Below, one piece after another: positions 61,994 to 64,000 of a DNA stretch of 64,000 nucleotides. The notes under the pieces are model-generated. The model did not search any database, was not told the DNA's origin, and saw only the letters and a list, made by a program, of their open reading frames with translations. Both the position numbers and the translations under genes were made by a program. Origin of the DNA: Candidatus Latescibacterota bacterium (GTDB lineage: Bacteria; Latescibacterota; UBA2968; GCA-2709665); assembly GCA_965237675.1 (NCBI GenBank), contig OZ250150.1:3776001-3840000 (forward strand), read 5' to 3'. The stretch's first letter is position 1. Each line of letters opens with the position of its first letter.

Positions 61994-63790
61994 TCAGGGA
62001 CTGGAGATTTCGCCGCCCACCAGCCGGATTCCGAGTTCCCTCAACTGGTCTGTGTCCACCGCCGACGGAGCACCGTCCATTAAAGAGGCGGCATTGTTGG
62101 TTTTGGGGAAGGCGATGACGTCGCGGATATATTCCCGTCCCGCCATCAACGCCACCAGGCGATCGTACCCGAAGGCGATCCCACCGTGGGGAGGCGCGCC
62201 ATAACGGAAAGCATCAAGTAGAAAACCGAATTTCTCTCCTGCCTCCGCGGGAGAAATATTCAACAGGTCGAACATTTTTTCCTGTATTTCCCTGCGGTGA
62301 ATACGAATGCTGCCGCCCGCAATTTCGTTTCCGTTCAGGGCGAGATCGTAAGCGCGTGCCCGAATCCCGGAAGGGTCGGTGACCATTTTCTCGATGTCTT
62401 CATCCACGGGCGAGGTAAACGGGTGGTGACATGCCGCGTACCGTTTTTCGCGGGCATCCCACTCCACGAGGGGGAAATGGGTAACCCACGTAAAACTGAA
62501 GCGATTGCGGTCCAGCAGGTTCAACTGGCTTGCCAGATTCAGTCGCAGATTGCCCAGGACGTCGGCCACAATGCCGGGCTGGTCTGCCGCAAAAAGCAGC
62601 AGATCGCCGGGCTCAGCCTCAAGGGCCTGCCGCAGAAGGGTCTGCGCCTGTTCAGGGAAAAATTTGACAATGGCCGATTCCATGCCGTTGTCGGTTACTT
62701 TGATCCACGCGAGGCCTTTGGCGCCGAAACCGCTAACGAATACGCCCAGGTCGTCGATCTGTTTGCGCGAAAACGTGCCACAACCCTTGGCATTAATGCC
62801 GCGAACCTGACCACCGGCGGAAAGGACACTCTTGAAGACCTGGAACTCGGAGGCTTCGGTGGCGGCGGTCAGATCGACGATTTCCAACCCGAAACGGGTA
62901 TCCGGTTTGTCGGAACCGTAGGTGTCGATCGCTTCCTGGTGAGTGAGGCGGGGAAACGGTCGAGGCAGGTCGATATCGAGGATTTCCTTGAAGAGGTGGA
63001 CAGTGAGCCGTTCCGACGCCCCCATCACGTCTTCTTCGTTGACAAAAGACATCTCGATGTCGATTTGGGTGAATTCCGGCTGCCGGTCCCCTCGCAGGTC
63101 TTCATCTCTGAAGCAGCGCACGATCTGAAAATATCGGTCAAACCCGGCAACCATGATCAACTGTTTGTAGGTTTGGGGGGATTGTGGCAGGGCGTAGAAG
63201 TGACCGGTGTTGATCCGGCTGGGTACCAGATAGTCCCGTGCACCTTCCGGGGTGCTTTTCATCAGAAACGGGGTTTCGACCTCGATAAAACCGTTGTCGG
63301 AGAGGAATCGTCGCGTCGTTTGCGATATGCGGTGCCGGAGCAGGATGTCGGATTGCAGGTCCGGGCGGCGCAGGTCCAGGTAACGATAGCGCAAACGGAC
63401 CTCTTCGTTGGCGTCCGACTCCGCTTCGATGAGAAAGGGCGGGGTTTCGGATGCGTTCAGAATTTTCAGTTCCGATGACTCGATGTCGATTTCGCCCGTT
63501 GACAGATTGGGATTCGCCATGCCGTCGGGCCGGGATTCCACCCGTCCTTTTACGGCCAACACGAATTCGTTCCGTATGGCTTCTGCCTTCCTGTGCACCT
63601 CCGGATTCAAATCGGGGCGGAAGACAACCTGCGTGAGCCCGTGCCGGTCGCGCAGGTCAATGAAAATTACGCCGCCGTGGTCCCTCCGTTTGGCGACCCA
63701 GCCCATCAGGGTGACTTGTCTGCCGATGTCCTGGGCGCGAAGATCGCCGCAGGTGTGCGTGCGTTTCCAGTCGCCGAGGGATTCCGCCAT
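61994..63790 (-). CDS. aspS: Aspartate-tRNA ligase (probably non-discriminating)
   Basis: RTHTCGDLR, RRDHGGVIFIDLRD, STPEGARDYLVPSR, LPQSPQ, CFRDED.R.DRQPEF, GAPPHGGIA.G.DR. Start ATG 63790. Confidence 0.97.
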   Translation of the reverse strand: MAESLGDWKRTHTCGDLRAQDIGRQVTLMGWVAKRRDHGGVIFIDLRDRHGLTQVVFRPDLNPEVHRKAEAIRNEFVLAVKGRVESRPDGMANPNLSTGEIDIESSELKILNASETPPFLIEAESDANEEVRLRYRYLDLRRPDLQSDILLRHRISQTTRRFLSDNGFIEVETPFLMKSTPEGARDYLVPSRINTGHFYALPQSPQTYKQLIMVAGFDRYFQIVRCFRDEDLRGDRQPEFTQIDIEMSFVNEEDVMGASERLTVHLFKEILDIDLPRPFPRLTHQEAIDTYGSDKPDTRFGLEIVDLTAATEASEFQVFKSVLSAGGQVRGINAKGCGTFSRKQIDDLGVFVSGFGAKGLAWIKVTDNGMESAIVKFFPEQAQTLLRQALEAEPGDLLLFAADQPGIVADVLGNLRLNLASQLNLLDRNRFSFTWVTHFPLVEWDAREKRYAACHHPFTSPVDEDIEKMVTDPSGIRARAYDLALNGNEIAGGSIRIHRREIQEKMFDLLNISPAEAGEKFGFLLDAFRYGAPPHGGIAFGYDRLVALMAGREYIRDVIAFPKTNNAASLMDGAPSAVDTDQLRELGIRLVGGEISSP

Positions 63791-63868
63791 ATTGAAGGCT
63801 CCGGTAAATGGGACGAAGCGAGACGCGTGAGTGCCGGTAAGCCGCGCCCACATCCCGATTTTCGGCTG

Positions 63869-64000
63869 CTAACGCGCTGTGTTTATGTGCGCCAGGAGCG
63901 TATCGATGTTGTCCGCCGGCAGGCTTGTCTGTACGCCCGTTGCCAGGTTCTTCACGACAACGGCGTTCGTTCGAGCTTCGTCGGGTCCGACAATGGCGAC
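63869..64000 (-). CDS. hisS: Histidine-tRNA ligase, C-terminal end (partial)
   Basis: VAIVGPDEARTNAVVVKNLATGVQ resembles the HisS anticodon-binding tail; hisS-aspS synteny is common. Confidence 0.75.
   Translation of the reverse strand, partial: VAIVGPDEARTNAVVVKNLATGVQTSLPADNIDTLLAHINTAR

Overview
A bacterial chromosomal window of roughly 58-60% GC (estimated by eye), mostly housekeeping genes. A SprA-like giant beta-barrel and a GDFNGDGxVxFxDF dockerin-like repeat suggest an FCB-group organism such as Ca. Latescibacterota (inference). In order: sufB-C-D-S (minus), divergent from an 11-subunit complex I operon nuoABCDHIJKLMN with no nuoEFG; a PqqD/RRE-like protein plus an unknown partner; lexA with a GAAC-N4-GTTC box; dprA, obgE, coaD, a PilM-like gene, comEA and sprA-like; lptF-lptG; M23 peptidase; HD hydrolase; TetR; nth. 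Next come an outer-membrane barrel plus beta-propeller lipoprotein operon, tRNA-Arg and tRNA-His, a phosphodiesterase, a tetraheme cytochrome c, and nrdJ-nrdR with NrdR boxes. An accessory stretch follows (heparinase-like lyase, decayed toxin-antitoxin fragments, CreD-like gene, broken TonB receptor, thioredoxin-like lipoprotein), then tRNA-fMet, corC-like, ybeY, 7TM-HD, phoH, a LysM protein plus small lipoprotein, aspS and the 3' end of hisS. The most notable signal is two genes split by an in-frame TGA that look like envelope-targeted selenoproteins. One is an outer-membrane barrel with UGA six residues after its signal peptide and a hairpin 11 nt downstream (37906-38877, minus). The other is a UxxC thioredoxin-fold lipoprotein (54570-55166, plus). 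All family assignments come from motif recognition, not database searches.
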